From a virus (lineage: Duplodnaviria; Caudoviricetes): a DNA stretch of 64,000 nucleotides. The stretch spans positions 73,434 to 137,433 of IMG/VR virus record IMGVR_UViG_3300009037_000004; one strand, 5' to 3'. The position numbers and the translations under genes are program-made. This document shows, one piece after another, positions 1 to 9,819 of the stretch; the first letter of the stretch is position 1; every line of letters starts with the position of its first letter. The notes below the pieces were generated by a model, which saw only the letters and a list, made by a program, of their open reading frames with translations, was not told the origin of the DNA and searched no databases.

Positions 1-1229
1 TCGGCGGTCAGAATCAACCGCTGAACGCCAGCCTGCGTCTTCGTGATCTTGATGTAGTTGTACCCGCCCGATGAAACTACGGAGGCAGCGTACACACCTG
101 GGTAGTTGGCCGTAGCCCAAGTGTTGATGTCCGAGACGATGTTGGCCGCAGTTCGGCCCGTCCCCGCCGTCAGGGTCACGAGAACCGACTCCTCATCAAT
201 CTCCAGCAGATCATTGTAGCTAGCGGTAATGTCGTAGGTCTCGGGGACCACGGATTGGAGGCTGGGTTGCGAGGGCGCGGTGATGGTGTAAGTCGTGGAG
301 GCATTTCCATCTTCCGCGATCTTCAGCTCATCATTCGATCCCGTCACGATGGCCCAAGGGGCGGACTTCGTTCCTGTCACGGCCGCTGATACCAGCCCAC
401 CCTTATCCCCCACCGGGACAGCGACCCGACCCACGACTGTGCTCGAGCTCGAAAGCCGGGGATCGCTGGGATCATTGACGGTGACGTAGTTGTCAAGGAT
501 CGATTTGCCGGCCGCGAGTCGAAGATACGCCTCTCGGCATTTGGCAATACGATCGTCCTTGGTGTAGGAGGAGGACTCGAAGTACTCCTGGAGATCTTGG
601 AGATCGCTTCGTACCTTTGTCACCGAGCTTTGAAGGGCCACCACCGGCAGGTTGAGGGAGTTGAATTCGTCCAGGGTGGACTGGAGCTGGGTGAGGTTGT
701 CGAGGATGTCCGTGTAGGCGGTCGCCAGACTGCTCAGATCTACCTTGGCTTCTGTCCGGGCCAGTTGGGGAGAGCGAACGATCTGACTGCCCTTCTTGAC
801 GTTGACCTTCAGGGACTCCTGGATGAACTTCGTCACCGACGTCTGGTAGCGGGTGTAGGCCGGGTTGCTGACAGCACCTTGATTCGTCAGAATCTGATCG
901 ACTGTCAGTAGGGATGTGGCTGCATCCCCGAGCGGCGTGGTCTTGGTGACGTCCTTCGTTGTCTTGGCCATCTCATCGATGGCGTCCAGAATGTCCTCCA
1001 GGTATTCGATCGCCGCCAGCACATCGACGTTCAGCTTGTTGGAGACCAGATAGATGAGGTAGAAGATCGCGTTTGGATCGTAGGCCAAGGTGGTGGAGAA
1101 CAGCGAGATGACCTCGCTGAACTTGCTCTCCGCATCAGTGGGTCCGAGTGCGCTCTGGGTGATCGTGAGCGAGCTCTTCACGAATCCGGAAACGACGCTT
1201 TCGATTTCTGAGTCTTTGTACCCGGCCAT
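1..1229 (-). CDS. Large putative virion protein, 3' part outside window (MAGYKDSEIESVVSGFVKSS...)
   Basis: ATG at 1229 in a frame consistent with the window edge; absent from the ORF track because no stop lies inside the window; Thr/Ser/Val-rich. Confidence 0.7.
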   Translation of the reverse strand, partial: MAGYKDSEIESVVSGFVKSSLTITQSALGPTDAESKFSEVISLFSTTLAYDPNAIFYLIYLVSNKLNVDVLAAIEYLEDILDAIDEMAKTTKDVTKTTPLGDAATSLLTVDQILTNQGAVSNPAYTRYQTSVTKFIQESLKVNVKKGSQIVRSPQLARTEAKVDLSSLATAYTDILDNLTQLQSTLDEFNSLNLPVVALQSSVTKVRSDLQDLQEYFESSSYTKDDRIAKCREAYLRLAAGKSILDNYVTVNDPSDPRLSSSSTVVGRVAVPVGDKGGLVSAAVTGTKSAPWAIVTGSNDELKIAEDGNASTTYTITAPSQPSLQSVVPETYDITASYNDLLEIDEESVLVTLTAGTGRTAANIVSDINTWATANYPGVYAASVVSSGGYNYIKITKTQAGVQRLILTA

Positions 1230-1522
1230 CAGCTCACCATGTCGAACTTCTTCACATCTTCGCGTCTTAGCCTGTGCGTCATCTCTCGGATGACTCGAGG
1301 ATCCCAGTCCAAGATAGTACAGATGCTGACGAACGACGTGAAGTGGGTCTCTTCATCGTTCATCAACCAGTCGTAGGCGCTCTTCCACAACCGCCGTTCC
1401 TTCAGCCGCGAGGAGCCTTTGTAGAGGGCAATGTCGTAGGCAGATCGACGGAGAATGGCGCCTAAGAGGAGCCTCTCGCCGTGACCTTCGGGCCAGATGG
1501 GACGAATAAACAGGACCGCCAT
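1229..1522 (-). CDS. Hypothetical protein
   Basis: 97 aa ORF tightly coupled to neighbours. Confidence 0.7.
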   Translation of the reverse strand: MAVLFIRPIWPEGHGERLLLGAILRRSAYDIALYKGSSRLKERRLWKSAYDWLMNDEETHFTSFVSICTILDWDPRVIREMTHRLRREDVKKFDMVS

Positions 1523-1523
1523 C

Positions 1524-2486
1524 TCATGTCACGGTTATCAGTATCGGCGATCCATCGATTTCAGTCGATGGGATAACGACGATCGACTGATCTTTCCGTG
1601 TGGCTACAAGATTGGTCGTTCCAGCCGTCACCCCCAGCACCACCAACTTGTCTGGCAATGCCGTGACTGTGGCTATGGTCTCGTCCTCGGTGGAGTAAAT
1701 GATGTCCTCGTTGGCTGTTCCGACCAGCTCTCGGAAGTCCGTGGCTGTGACCGTGGTGAAGATATCCAGAGTCTCGCCCTCTGCAACGGAGATGGGATCG
1801 GGATCCCAGACGATGGCATCCACTACCGGGAAGAGGAGATCATTGATGTTGACCGAGGATCGATCTGGGACCATGAGGACACGCTCGAAGATGATGGACT
1901 GCGTGTCGCATGACGTGGGGGCCTCCACACTCTCCACCAGCGCGCGGTACTCGCCGTTGCGGTAGAGATCGAGCTCCACGTACCCATCCTCATCCGACCG
2001 GACATCGACCTTGGAACTCATGATTCCATAGCCGTCTACGATCGTCGGATCAAACTGGTTGATGAACGTGATGTCGAGGCCCGGCAGTGGTCGTCCGGCT
2101 GGGTCTTTGAAAAACCCGCTGACACGGCAGAGACGCGGATCTGTGGCGACTGGGAGAGTGAAGGTCTGGCCCACGACCTCGAAGTAGTTGTTCCCGTTCG
2201 GGGCTGCGGCGGGAGGACTGTAGACGGTGATGAGCTGTGGACTCTTGCTGTCGTCTCCCAGCGCCCCATCGAAAGCCACTCCGGTCTTGGAGAGCCGGAT
2301 GGTGTAGCTGATGGGGGGATCGTCTCCGTCCAGAGTGAAATCCGCTACCGCCCGACCGCTGACCAGCGTGGTGTAATTCTGGCTGATGAAGGCCGCACCG
2401 TCCTCATCGAAGACGCGAACTAGGACGCTTACAATCGGCTCATCATCTTGATCTTTGACGTAGACCTTGACGGTTTCGACTGCCAT
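1524..2486 (-). CDS. Virion structural protein with Ig-like C-terminus
   Basis: Beta-rich; C-terminal 'YSTEDETIATV..LVVLGVTAGTT' resembles Big_2. Confidence 0.6.
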   Translation of the reverse strand: MAVETVKVYVKDQDDEPIVSVLVRVFDEDGAAFISQNYTTLVSGRAVADFTLDGDDPPISYTIRLSKTGVAFDGALGDDSKSPQLITVYSPPAAAPNGNNYFEVVGQTFTLPVATDPRLCRVSGFFKDPAGRPLPGLDITFINQFDPTIVDGYGIMSSKVDVRSDEDGYVELDLYRNGEYRALVESVEAPTSCDTQSIIFERVLMVPDRSSVNINDLLFPVVDAIVWDPDPISVAEGETLDIFTTVTATDFRELVGTANEDIIYSTEDETIATVTALPDKLVVLGVTAGTTNLVATRKDQSIVVIPSTEIDGSPILITVT

Positions 2487-4322
2487 CTACTTACCTCCCA
2501 GTACGTGCCGTGCAAGCATTCTGAACGCGGCGGTCTTCACCACATAGTCAGGACGAGGCCGCATGATCTGCCGAACAGCCTCCGAGGCGGGGTCACCCAT
2601 GCGTCTCTTGGCTTTAATCGCTAGCCGACGGTAACGATCATGGTCCTCGACTACCTTATTCACTGCCTCCGGCACATTCTCCAGCCCGATGGCCACTGGG
2701 TGGCCGACATGTTGACCGGCATAAATGGCAGTACGCTTGGTCAAGTCTCCCTGGCCGTCCTCCAACAACCCAAACTTGATGTCTGGGCCGTAGTAGACCG
2801 CGGGTTTTCCTGCCGCCACGCTCTCGGCGAAGGTGGTGCCGTGCGTTCGAATAACATTCAAATCCGCCTCGTGCATCATGTGGGCGAGGGGAGCAAAACC
2901 GTGAGGCTGGAGGCGGGGATCGATTTTCGCCAAGGATTGTAGCTCGCGTAATGCCACTGGATCTCTGCCGGCTACCGCATGAACTACGACATTTTCGGGC
3001 AGCTTGGAGAGTAGAACCTGCTTTACCAAAGGAACGACCTCGGCACCCAACGATCCCCCACTGACAGTGACGTTGAACTTCTTCGGCGTAATTAAACCCG
3101 ATTTCCCTTTGGGCCGGAGAACGCCCTGGCTTACTGGGACGTTGGAGATCGCCACTCGATTCTTCGCCTTGATCTCATCCAACACAGAACGGAGGCCCAC
3201 ATCGATACGGTTGGGCTCGTTACCCCCACCTTGAGCGAAGGGCCATTTAACGGGGTCGGAATGAAGCGTATGAATCGGGTGATCGATCCCTTTGAACTCT
3301 TTTCGGAGATGCTCCATCGCCACAACAATGGCCTGGTCCTTATTCTCCTTCACCCAACTCCTTAGCTTCTCGTGATCAGTTCCCCCAAACGTGAACTTGA
3401 GCATGGGGATTGCCAGATCTAACTGGTTGGCCCTCCCATGCAACATTTCCCCGTATGTCCTCTCGTATTGCTTCAGATGCGGCCCTTTGGCAAAATGATC
3501 CCCCCAGTCCACCGTCTCTGCCGGGATGCCCATCTTCCGGGCTGCCTCAGCCATGGCGTTCGCTTGAGCCTTGTGACCTCCACCTGTATTGATGTAGACG
3601 AACTTGATCCCTTTGGGCTGCACGGCCTCTGCGAACTTCACCAACCAGTCCACCGCCTCCGCGATCTTGTGCATCGCGCCCTCATCCATAGGCTTGATAC
3701 GCCTACCCACACCTACACGGGCGGCGGTGCTCCCACCATCCTCTGAGGCTCCTACGTGCCCCAGGATGCCCGCAGAACCTCGACCCTCCTGAGGGCCTGT
3801 GGAGGCAGGGGACGTGCCTTCCTGGCCAGCGTAGGTCGTAGAACGGGGGAGTACGAGTGCAGCCAGCTTCCTGATGGTCACCCCGGCCCTCTGGTCCAAC
3901 TTCTCCTTCAGCGCCTCCACTGGAAGGGTGGAGATGGGGCCGAGGAACTTGGGGTCGTCGTAGTGCTGAAGGTAGGTCTTCTTGGCCTCTTCCTTTGATC
4001 GAAAGCCGAGCATGACCTTGTCTTCGTCATGCCCAGTTCCGTCTGGCTTGTGCTGGTGGACCACGTACGCCTTCGGGGCATCTTTGACTGGCCCCACGAA
4101 GGCATCGATCTCCTCCCCGTCCTTCCCCTTGGTGCCCTTGATGTAGCCGTAGGGGCGAGACATGCGAGTCCGCCACCTGTGACCATCCCGATCTACGCCA
4201 GTGCGAACATCTCCCACCCTGTTCTCAATGGCTATTGGAATCCCCTGGACCTCTGTCTGTCCCTGGAGGCGGTGCTCCTGCGCCATTTTGAGGACCTCAG
4301 AAGCCAGTTTCCTAAGAAGCAC
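2487..4322 (-). CDS. Phage inorganic-pyrophosphatase-like domain fused to a GT-B glycosyltransferase (MGDG synthase/MurG-like)
   Basis: N-term 'YGYIKGT.G.DGEEID.FVG...DEDKVMLGF'; C-term 'TGGGH', 'VSGGSLG', 'GTTFAESVAAGKP'. Confidence 0.7.
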   Translation of the reverse strand: MLLRKLASEVLKMAQEHRLQGQTEVQGIPIAIENRVGDVRTGVDRDGHRWRTRMSRPYGYIKGTKGKDGEEIDAFVGPVKDAPKAYVVHQHKPDGTGHDEDKVMLGFRSKEEAKKTYLQHYDDPKFLGPISTLPVEALKEKLDQRAGVTIRKLAALVLPRSTTYAGQEGTSPASTGPQEGRGSAGILGHVGASEDGGSTAARVGVGRRIKPMDEGAMHKIAEAVDWLVKFAEAVQPKGIKFVYINTGGGHKAQANAMAEAARKMGIPAETVDWGDHFAKGPHLKQYERTYGEMLHGRANQLDLAIPMLKFTFGGTDHEKLRSWVKENKDQAIVVAMEHLRKEFKGIDHPIHTLHSDPVKWPFAQGGGNEPNRIDVGLRSVLDEIKAKNRVAISNVPVSQGVLRPKGKSGLITPKKFNVTVSGGSLGAEVVPLVKQVLLSKLPENVVVHAVAGRDPVALRELQSLAKIDPRLQPHGFAPLAHMMHEADLNVIRTHGTTFAESVAAGKPAVYYGPDIKFGLLEDGQGDLTKRTAIYAGQHVGHPVAIGLENVPEAVNKVVEDHDRYRRLAIKAKRRMGDPASEAVRQIMRPRPDYVVKTAAFRMLARHVLGGK

Positions 4323-4387
4323 GATCGATCCCTCTTCAGATACAAAAACAGGCTATATTCTGGGATAAGCCTGTTGAGGAGAAAAAC

Positions 4388-4474
4388 ATGATCGAGAAAC
4401 TCTACTACTGCTGTTGCACGATCATCGGTTTGGCATTGGATGCCGCCTTTCGCCTGCTCAAGATCGGCGACTGA
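4388..4474 (+). CDS. 28 aa hydrophobic peptide MIEKLYYCCCTIIGLALDAAFRLLKIGD
   Basis: GAGGAG RBS and upstream GGGATAAG motif at 4362-4369. Confidence 0.45.
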   Translation: MIEKLYYCCCTIIGLALDAAFRLLKIGD

Positions 4475-5378
4475 GCAGGCGTAGCGCCCGCGCTTTGAGC
4501 GCGGGCGCTACTTTACCTAGCGTACCGACCGCCTTCTTACCCACAGTTGCCGCAGCCCGTACCGGCGCAGTCGTTCGTTCAGTAATATGCCCGACATCCC
4601 GACTCGCTTTCCCAAGAAGCTGAGAGACTCTCCCTGGAGCCTTGCTAGACATGTGATGCAGGTACGCAGCCTCAGCGGCTTCGGGGGACATGCCATGTGT
4701 CGTCTGCAGCACCTTCAAGACCTTCCGTTTGGCCGCACGTCCAAAGCCGGCAGCTCGACTAGCGGAACGAACATCACTGGCGGTCCCTCCCGATACGAAC
4801 GTGTCTAGGTGAGAGCCCGGAGCAAGTCCTCTACCCCCCTTGAGTCCAGCCGTCTGATGCTCCATTCCTGATACGACAGGACCCAGTGCCTCCGCCCCGG
4901 GGACCTTTTGTAAAACTTTCCGTAACCGTCCTGCCGCCCTACCTTGCAAAGTACCAGCAGCCTCCCCTGTCATGCCGGCTTCCAATGGTCGCTCAAAATG
5001 AGCTCCAAGGTCCATCAACCCATGCTGAGTCTGGCCCAGGCCCATCATTCCCCGAGTCATGCGAGCCCCGGACAAAGCCCCAGGATTGGCAATGGCGTGT
5101 GCCACATCCTCTACTCCACGCTGCTGTTCCTGAAGGATTCGCTTCCCAATCTCCCGCTTGCCTTGAGCAGGCATAGCATGCAACGGAGCATTAACTGGAA
5201 TCCACGGATGCCGGATTCCAGTATCCGTAGAAAGGTTTCCACGCAATGCTAGCCGACTTAGCTCAGGGTTTGCGCCCATCGATTGCATCGTGGGCTCCAT
5301 CAATGCCGTATGCCCCGGCGTATCGAAACCGATCTTTTCCAACTCATCGAAAAACCCATCAATCCAAGTCGATTCCAT
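4458..5378 (-). CDS. Hypothetical protein with N-terminal FFDELEKIG motif
   Basis: Likely start MESTWIDGFFDELEKIG. Confidence 0.7.
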   Translation of the reverse strand: MESTWIDGFFDELEKIGFDTPGHTALMEPTMQSMGANPELSRLALRGNLSTDTGIRHPWIPVNAPLHAMPAQGKREIGKRILQEQQRGVEDVAHAIANPGALSGARMTRGMMGLGQTQHGLMDLGAHFERPLEAGMTGEAAGTLQGRAAGRLRKVLQKVPGAEALGPVVSGMEHQTAGLKGGRGLAPGSHLDTFVSGGTASDVRSASRAAGFGRAAKRKVLKVLQTTHGMSPEAAEAAYLHHMSSKAPGRVSQLLGKASRDVGHITERTTAPVRAAATVGKKAVGTLGKVAPALKARALRLLSRRS

Positions 5379-5382
5379 TAGG

Positions 5383-5628
5383 CTACCCCGCGTGCATTCC
5401 AAGAGGAACCCATCCAGCCGGCGTACCCTCTTCCACCGCTTCCATCATCCGCCGGTGCCGCTCCAGTCCCTTGTCATGGCGATTCATCGCCGCGACGTAC
5501 TTGACGGGATTCTGGGAGACATTCTTGAGCATGGCATTCGTCAACATCCGACCTACGATCCCACCCTGCCCCTCTTTCACGACACCGATCTTCTCCAGCT
5601 CATCGAAGAATCCAACCAGGGAGATCAC
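5383..5628 (-). CDS. Small protein with FFDELEKIG motif
   Basis: LVGFFDELEKIG at N-terminus. Confidence 0.65.
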   Translation of the reverse strand: MISLVGFFDELEKIGVVKEGQGGIVGRMLTNAMLKNVSQNPVKYVAAMNRHDKGLERHRRMMEAVEEGTPAGWVPLGMHAG

Positions 5629-6509
5629 AGGCCACCTCCTCCAAACTCGGTTGCCGAAGGCGGCGCCACTTCAGCCGACTCGGCTGATGTGAGCTTGCCC
5701 GTTCCCGGCACCTTCTGCCGCTGGGGACTCAGTAGAGAGCCAGGAGATGGCGGAGGTGGAGCAGAGGGAGCACTGGCCCCCGGCATCTCGTTCGCATCCA
5801 GACCACTGGGCATAGCCCCCGGAGCTCCCCCCGGCATCTTCGATCCCCCAGCGTCAGCGGGATTGGCAGCGGGCATGTCTCCAGCGCCCAGAGTTCCCGG
5901 CATGTCTCCACCACTCAACCCCCCAACCATCCCGGAGGAAGCAGGAGTTGGAGAGGGAGGTGAGGGGGGAGGAGTTGCGGGGACTGCCGCAGCTCCGGTA
6001 GCTGCGCCTCCACTACCCACGCCGCCCCCACTCGAGAGTTGATCTACGGACGCCTTCGCCTTCGTGCTGGTCGCGCTCAAGGCCCCCCGTTGCCCGAGAA
6101 GAGAGCCCGGCTGAGCCTCGCCGATCTTCTCCAGCTCATCGAAGAAAGCGGCCCACATGGCAGTCTTGATTGAGGGGCATCCCTCCCTCAATTTGTCACG
6201 AAGCGCATTCCGCTCTGCTCTTTTTGCTGGACCCCGACCCTCGACTATTTCTCTAGCACGAGGCTGTTTTGGACGAAGGATACCCGCCGACTTCTGGTAC
6301 TCACTCTTGGGCTCATCATACTTCTGCTTCGCCTCGCGGACGCCCTGAGCCGTGCGGAAGTCCTTGGGAGTCTTGCCGACCTTGTGCCCCTGCTGAACCG
6401 CGATTGGATACGCGACATCTTTGGGCATCCCCGGATTGTCCTTCATGATTCCATGAGCGCGATCGTGTACCCACTTCCCGGCGGGTCCAACGGACTGACT
6501 ACCCGGCAT
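5625..6509 (-). CDS. Gly/Pro-rich protein with internal FFDELEKIG motif
   Basis: KTAMWAAFFDELEKIG followed by a low-complexity tail. Confidence 0.7.
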   Translation of the reverse strand: MPGSQSVGPAGKWVHDRAHGIMKDNPGMPKDVAYPIAVQQGHKVGKTPKDFRTAQGVREAKQKYDEPKSEYQKSAGILRPKQPRAREIVEGRGPAKRAERNALRDKLREGCPSIKTAMWAAFFDELEKIGEAQPGSLLGQRGALSATSTKAKASVDQLSSGGGVGSGGAATGAAAVPATPPPSPPSPTPASSGMVGGLSGGDMPGTLGAGDMPAANPADAGGSKMPGGAPGAMPSGLDANEMPGASAPSAPPPPSPGSLLSPQRQKVPGTGKLTSAESAEVAPPSATEFGGGGL

Positions 6510-6518
6510 GAGAACCTC

Positions 6519-7466
6519 CTACGAACTTCTGGGAGCTGATGGTAGGTCAGGAACTTGGATTTGGAAAGGATCGTCTTGGACGAGGTCTTCATCCATGAGG
6601 TCGAACTCAGTCCCCGTGCTGGGGACGAGGATACGCCTGATGACCGAGGTGCCCGCCAGAACCACGTCCACCGTAGAGCCCTTCACCAACGTCACCTCTG
6701 CCTGACCTACTCCATCCGTCTCGATCTCCTTCGCCCGGCCGGCGAAGAAGTAGCCATCCTTCGAGTAGGGGCTGAAGATATTGACGATCGCGATCTTCGA
6801 CCCAACCAATGCCGTACCATCGATGTCCGCCAACTTGATCTTCCCCACGATCAGATCAGAGGACGGGATGGCTGCGCCAGTCGTGCCTTGGGTCCAGTCG
6901 GAGTAGGAGCTGAAAGTCCCAGAGATGGAGTTGTAATACCGCTCACGATACCAGTACGAAGCTTCACCGCTCTTATCGTCGTACTCGTACTCATCCACCC
7001 CAGCCAGAAGAGTGATGTTGGCGTCCTCCCCATTGTCCTTGTCCCCCACTGTGAAGCCAAGGATGGTAATCCCCGTACCCCCAGTGATCTCCAGCGTGCC
7101 ACCTGTTCCGAGCGTCGTGCCAGTGATCTTAGGCTTGCCGGTGCCGTCGTTCGACATCGTGGCGCCAGTGATGGCCGCGTCGAACTCCCCGATTACGTTG
7201 GTCAGGCTGATAGGGTTGGCCGAGAGGAAGGTGACAGTCTGCTCTGAGCCGCCGTTCACCTTGAGCTTCAGACTCTTCCCCTGGAGAGCCGCGAATGGTC
7301 CCTCCGCTGTGGCGACCAGGTAGGGAGCTGCAGCCGCGTCATCTGTAATGAACTTGGCATCGGTGTAAGGCGTCCCTGACTCCGATCGCTGAACCTGGAT
7401 CTTGTCGAACAGCGACATGACATTGGAGATCTCGGGGACGAAGATCTTGATCTTGATGATGGCCAT
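6519..7466 (-). CDS. Virion structural protein
   Basis: Gly/Thr-rich beta composition; operon context. Confidence 0.6.
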   Translation of the reverse strand: MAIIKIKIFVPEISNVMSLFDKIQVQRSESGTPYTDAKFITDDAAAAPYLVATAEGPFAALQGKSLKLKVNGGSEQTVTFLSANPISLTNVIGEFDAAITGATMSNDGTGKPKITGTTLGTGGTLEITGGTGITILGFTVGDKDNGEDANITLLAGVDEYEYDDKSGEASYWYRERYYNSISGTFSSYSDWTQGTTGAAIPSSDLIVGKIKLADIDGTALVGSKIAIVNIFSPYSKDGYFFAGRAKEIETDGVGQAEVTLVKGSTVDVVLAGTSVIRRILVPSTGTEFDLMDEDLVQDDPFQIQVPDLPSAPRSS

Positions 7467-7759
7467 TAGCTCTTCTCCACCTTCTTGGTGATCGGACGGA
7501 GCTCCTGAGCCGTGATGGACTCAGGCCGAGGATCTGGGGAAGGAGGAGCAGGAGCGACCGCGTCTTCTGTCCTGGGCTTCAGCTCCAGAATCGCCCGGGT
7601 CAGCGGCGGGGTCAGGGTCGGTGCGGCAGGAGTGGTGGCACTTCGAATCCGAGGTCGAACTTCCAGGGCCGCCTGCGTCTGGGGATGGTCATAGCTGATG
7701 ACCTGGTCCCGCTGGCAGCAGGATTTGATCATACCCCTGGTGGCCAATGCAACGCTCAT
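7466..7759 (-). CDS. Hypothetical protein
   Basis: Coupled ORF. Confidence 0.55.
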   Translation of the reverse strand: MSVALATRGMIKSCCQRDQVISYDHPQTQAALEVRPRIRSATTPAAPTLTPPLTRAILELKPRTEDAVAPAPPSPDPRPESITAQELRPITKKVEKS

Positions 7760-8298
7760 ACAACTCTCTTCACCCGGTACGTCCCCATTCTACATTCGTT
7801 CTCGTACGTTGTCTCGATCTGGTACGTCGCGATCAACCCTGTAGTCTCGCTTCCGCCATCCGTGGCTGCCTCTACGTTGGCCTTGGAGTCGAAAATGCGG
7901 ACTCGCGCGGTGAGGAGCTGACCGAATGGGTCGTGGGTAGTGTCGTCAATGAAGGCGTTCTCGTGCACCAGGCCGAGGATGCGGATGAGCTTGGCTGCCA
8001 GATCGTCCAGCCCGGCTTGGGATACGAAGATCTGCTCAATCTCGCGGGTGTAGGTGATGTTCTCGATCGAGTGTCCGGAATCCGAGTAGACGATGAAGAC
8101 AGCCGAGAACACCCCCACCGCCGCCGGCGTGTAGGAGGCTTCGTAACGTCCCCGTGCTGTGTGAGCCAGGCTAAGAGTCTCAAGCGGGGTAATCCCAGCA
8201 GCAGCATAAATCTCGGCCTGGGGATACTGAGCAGTATTCCCATCCTCCAAGATCATTACGATCGGGACTGCTGTCCCAACTGTGGCTGGGACCGACAT
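7756..8298 (-). CDS. Putative structural protein
   Basis: Coupled ORF, beta-rich. Confidence 0.6.
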   Translation of the reverse strand: MSVPATVGTAVPIVMILEDGNTAQYPQAEIYAAAGITPLETLSLAHTARGRYEASYTPAAVGVFSAVFIVYSDSGHSIENITYTREIEQIFVSQAGLDDLAAKLIRILGLVHENAFIDDTTHDPFGQLLTARVRIFDSKANVEAATDGGSETTGLIATYQIETTYENECRMGTYRVKRVV

Positions 8299-8312
8299 GC
8301 AGCAATCCTACC

Positions 8313-8963
8313 CTACTTGCTCTTCTTCGCCGGCATCTTTTTCGGTGCCGGCTCAGGCTTCGGGGGAAGAGGAGGCGGTGTGGGCTCATCCACATCAGGC
8401 GGAGTTGGGTCTTTCACGTACACGACCTTCCGTAACTTGCTGTTCTTGATCTCTGACCGAACTTCCTGATTGCTCGTGGTGACCATAGCCTCCAGTTTGT
8501 TGGCGAACACCGCGAACTTGTAGACCCCGATTGCCCCGCCCACGAACAGTCCAGAGACTGTAGAGATGATAGCCAACCAAGCGATCAAAACTTTGCGTCT
8601 CTTCTCTTTCCTTGCCTCCGCCTTCTCCTCCAGGGCAGTCTCCATCTCCTGTACAGTAGGGGCCGAAGCAGAACGCATCATCTCTGTCGTGATTGCCTGG
8701 TGACCGAGACTACTGCCGCTTCTCTTGATCTCCTGGATGATCTCTCCCTTGACAATCTCCATGCTACGAGAGACCTGACGATGACGTTCGTCACAGGTAG
8801 GCGTCTTCACCGTATGGGAAAGCTGCGCCTTGATATCCTTGATGTCATCTGTGATGACAGACTGTTGATCTTTGAGCGTCTCGGTGGCCTCGCGCGTCCT
8901 GCCGATATCCCCAGCTATCTGGATCAAGATCTGGGTGGTGTTTCTGTCTTCGGGGGCCATCAC
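8313..8963 (-). CDS. Coiled-coil single-pass membrane protein
   Basis: Basic patch, then a TM helix VLIAWLAIISTVSGLFVGGAIGV. Confidence 0.6.
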   Translation of the reverse strand: MMAPEDRNTTQILIQIAGDIGRTREATETLKDQQSVITDDIKDIKAQLSHTVKTPTCDERHRQVSRSMEIVKGEIIQEIKRSGSSLGHQAITTEMMRSASAPTVQEMETALEEKAEARKEKRRKVLIAWLAIISTVSGLFVGGAIGVYKFAVFANKLEAMVTTSNQEVRSEIKNSKLRKVVYVKDPTPPDVDEPTPPPLPPKPEPAPKKMPAKKSK

Positions 8964-9242
8964 TCACTCCTCTGATTTCAAGCCTGCATGATTGGAGCCA
9001 TCCCCATCCACGCTCTCCTCATCCCCATTATCCTCTAGGGGGCACCCCAGGCCCAGCTTCTCCAGGCATCGGGTATTGACCTCTTCGATGAGCCGCCCCT
9101 GCCGCTGCCAAGCTGCCAAGGTCAGCGTTTGCTGTGTCTCAATAGACTCCAGCCGTTCGTCAATCCGCTCGAGCTTGGACATCACGTTCTGGAAGAGGTC
9201 TGAGGTCTGTAGTTTCTTGCGCTTCACGGGCTTGTCAGTCAT
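8964..9242 (-). CDS. Coiled-coil hypothetical protein
   Basis: Coupled ORF. Confidence 0.55.
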   Translation of the reverse strand: MTDKPVKRKKLQTSDLFQNVMSKLERIDERLESIETQQTLTLAAWQRQGRLIEEVNTRCLEKLGLGCPLEDNGDEESVDGDGSNHAGLKSEE

Positions 9243-9819
9243 CGGAACGTCCTACTTCCTTCTGCACGTCCGGATTGATCTGTTCAACCAAGAACTCGGA
9301 GGACTGCGAGAGCCTTCGTAGCAGGGTGAGGGGGCTGCTCAACTCAGACTGCAGCCCCTCAACGGCCTTGTAGCCCGCATGACGTAGGAGGTCCACCCAC
9401 AGTTCTGTGCAGTGGACGGCCTTCTTGTTCCACTTCGTGGTGAGCCACTTCCCGATGAGCTTCCAGAGCCACTTCATCCTGGTCATGATCCCCACAGAAC
9501 CGGCGGCCATCCAGTCATAAGCCTCGTTCCCGTATTTCTCGATCAGCCAGGAGAGATGCTTGCTCAGACCTTCTTCTGTGATCAGGGGACCCGTCACAGG
9601 CCGAACGATGGCCTGCACCGTGTTGTTCTTGATGAAGTACTTGGCAGGAGCAAAATCCACACCCCCCTCACTAGACTCCATGATCACGTCGGCTTTGTAG
9701 ATCTTGAAGTTTCCTACAGTGTGGGAGAGGTACTTCGACTTTGTCCACCAGGCCACGAACCAAGATCCAAACCCACGCCCCTTGGAGAAGAGCAGCTTGA
9801 ATTCCGGTTGGCGCATCAC
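9235..9819 (-). CDS. Permuted papain-like (YiiX/YebB-type NlpC/P60) enzyme
   Basis: His before Cys: 'YLSHTVG', 'YDW', 'HCTELW', late 'SP'. Confidence 0.65.
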   Translation of the reverse strand: MMRQPEFKLLFSKGRGFGSWFVAWWTKSKYLSHTVGNFKIYKADVIMESSEGGVDFAPAKYFIKNNTVQAIVRPVTGPLITEEGLSKHLSWLIEKYGNEAYDWMAAGSVGIMTRMKWLWKLIGKWLTTKWNKKAVHCTELWVDLLRHAGYKAVEGLQSELSSPLTLLRRLSQSSEFLVEQINPDVQKEVGRSDD

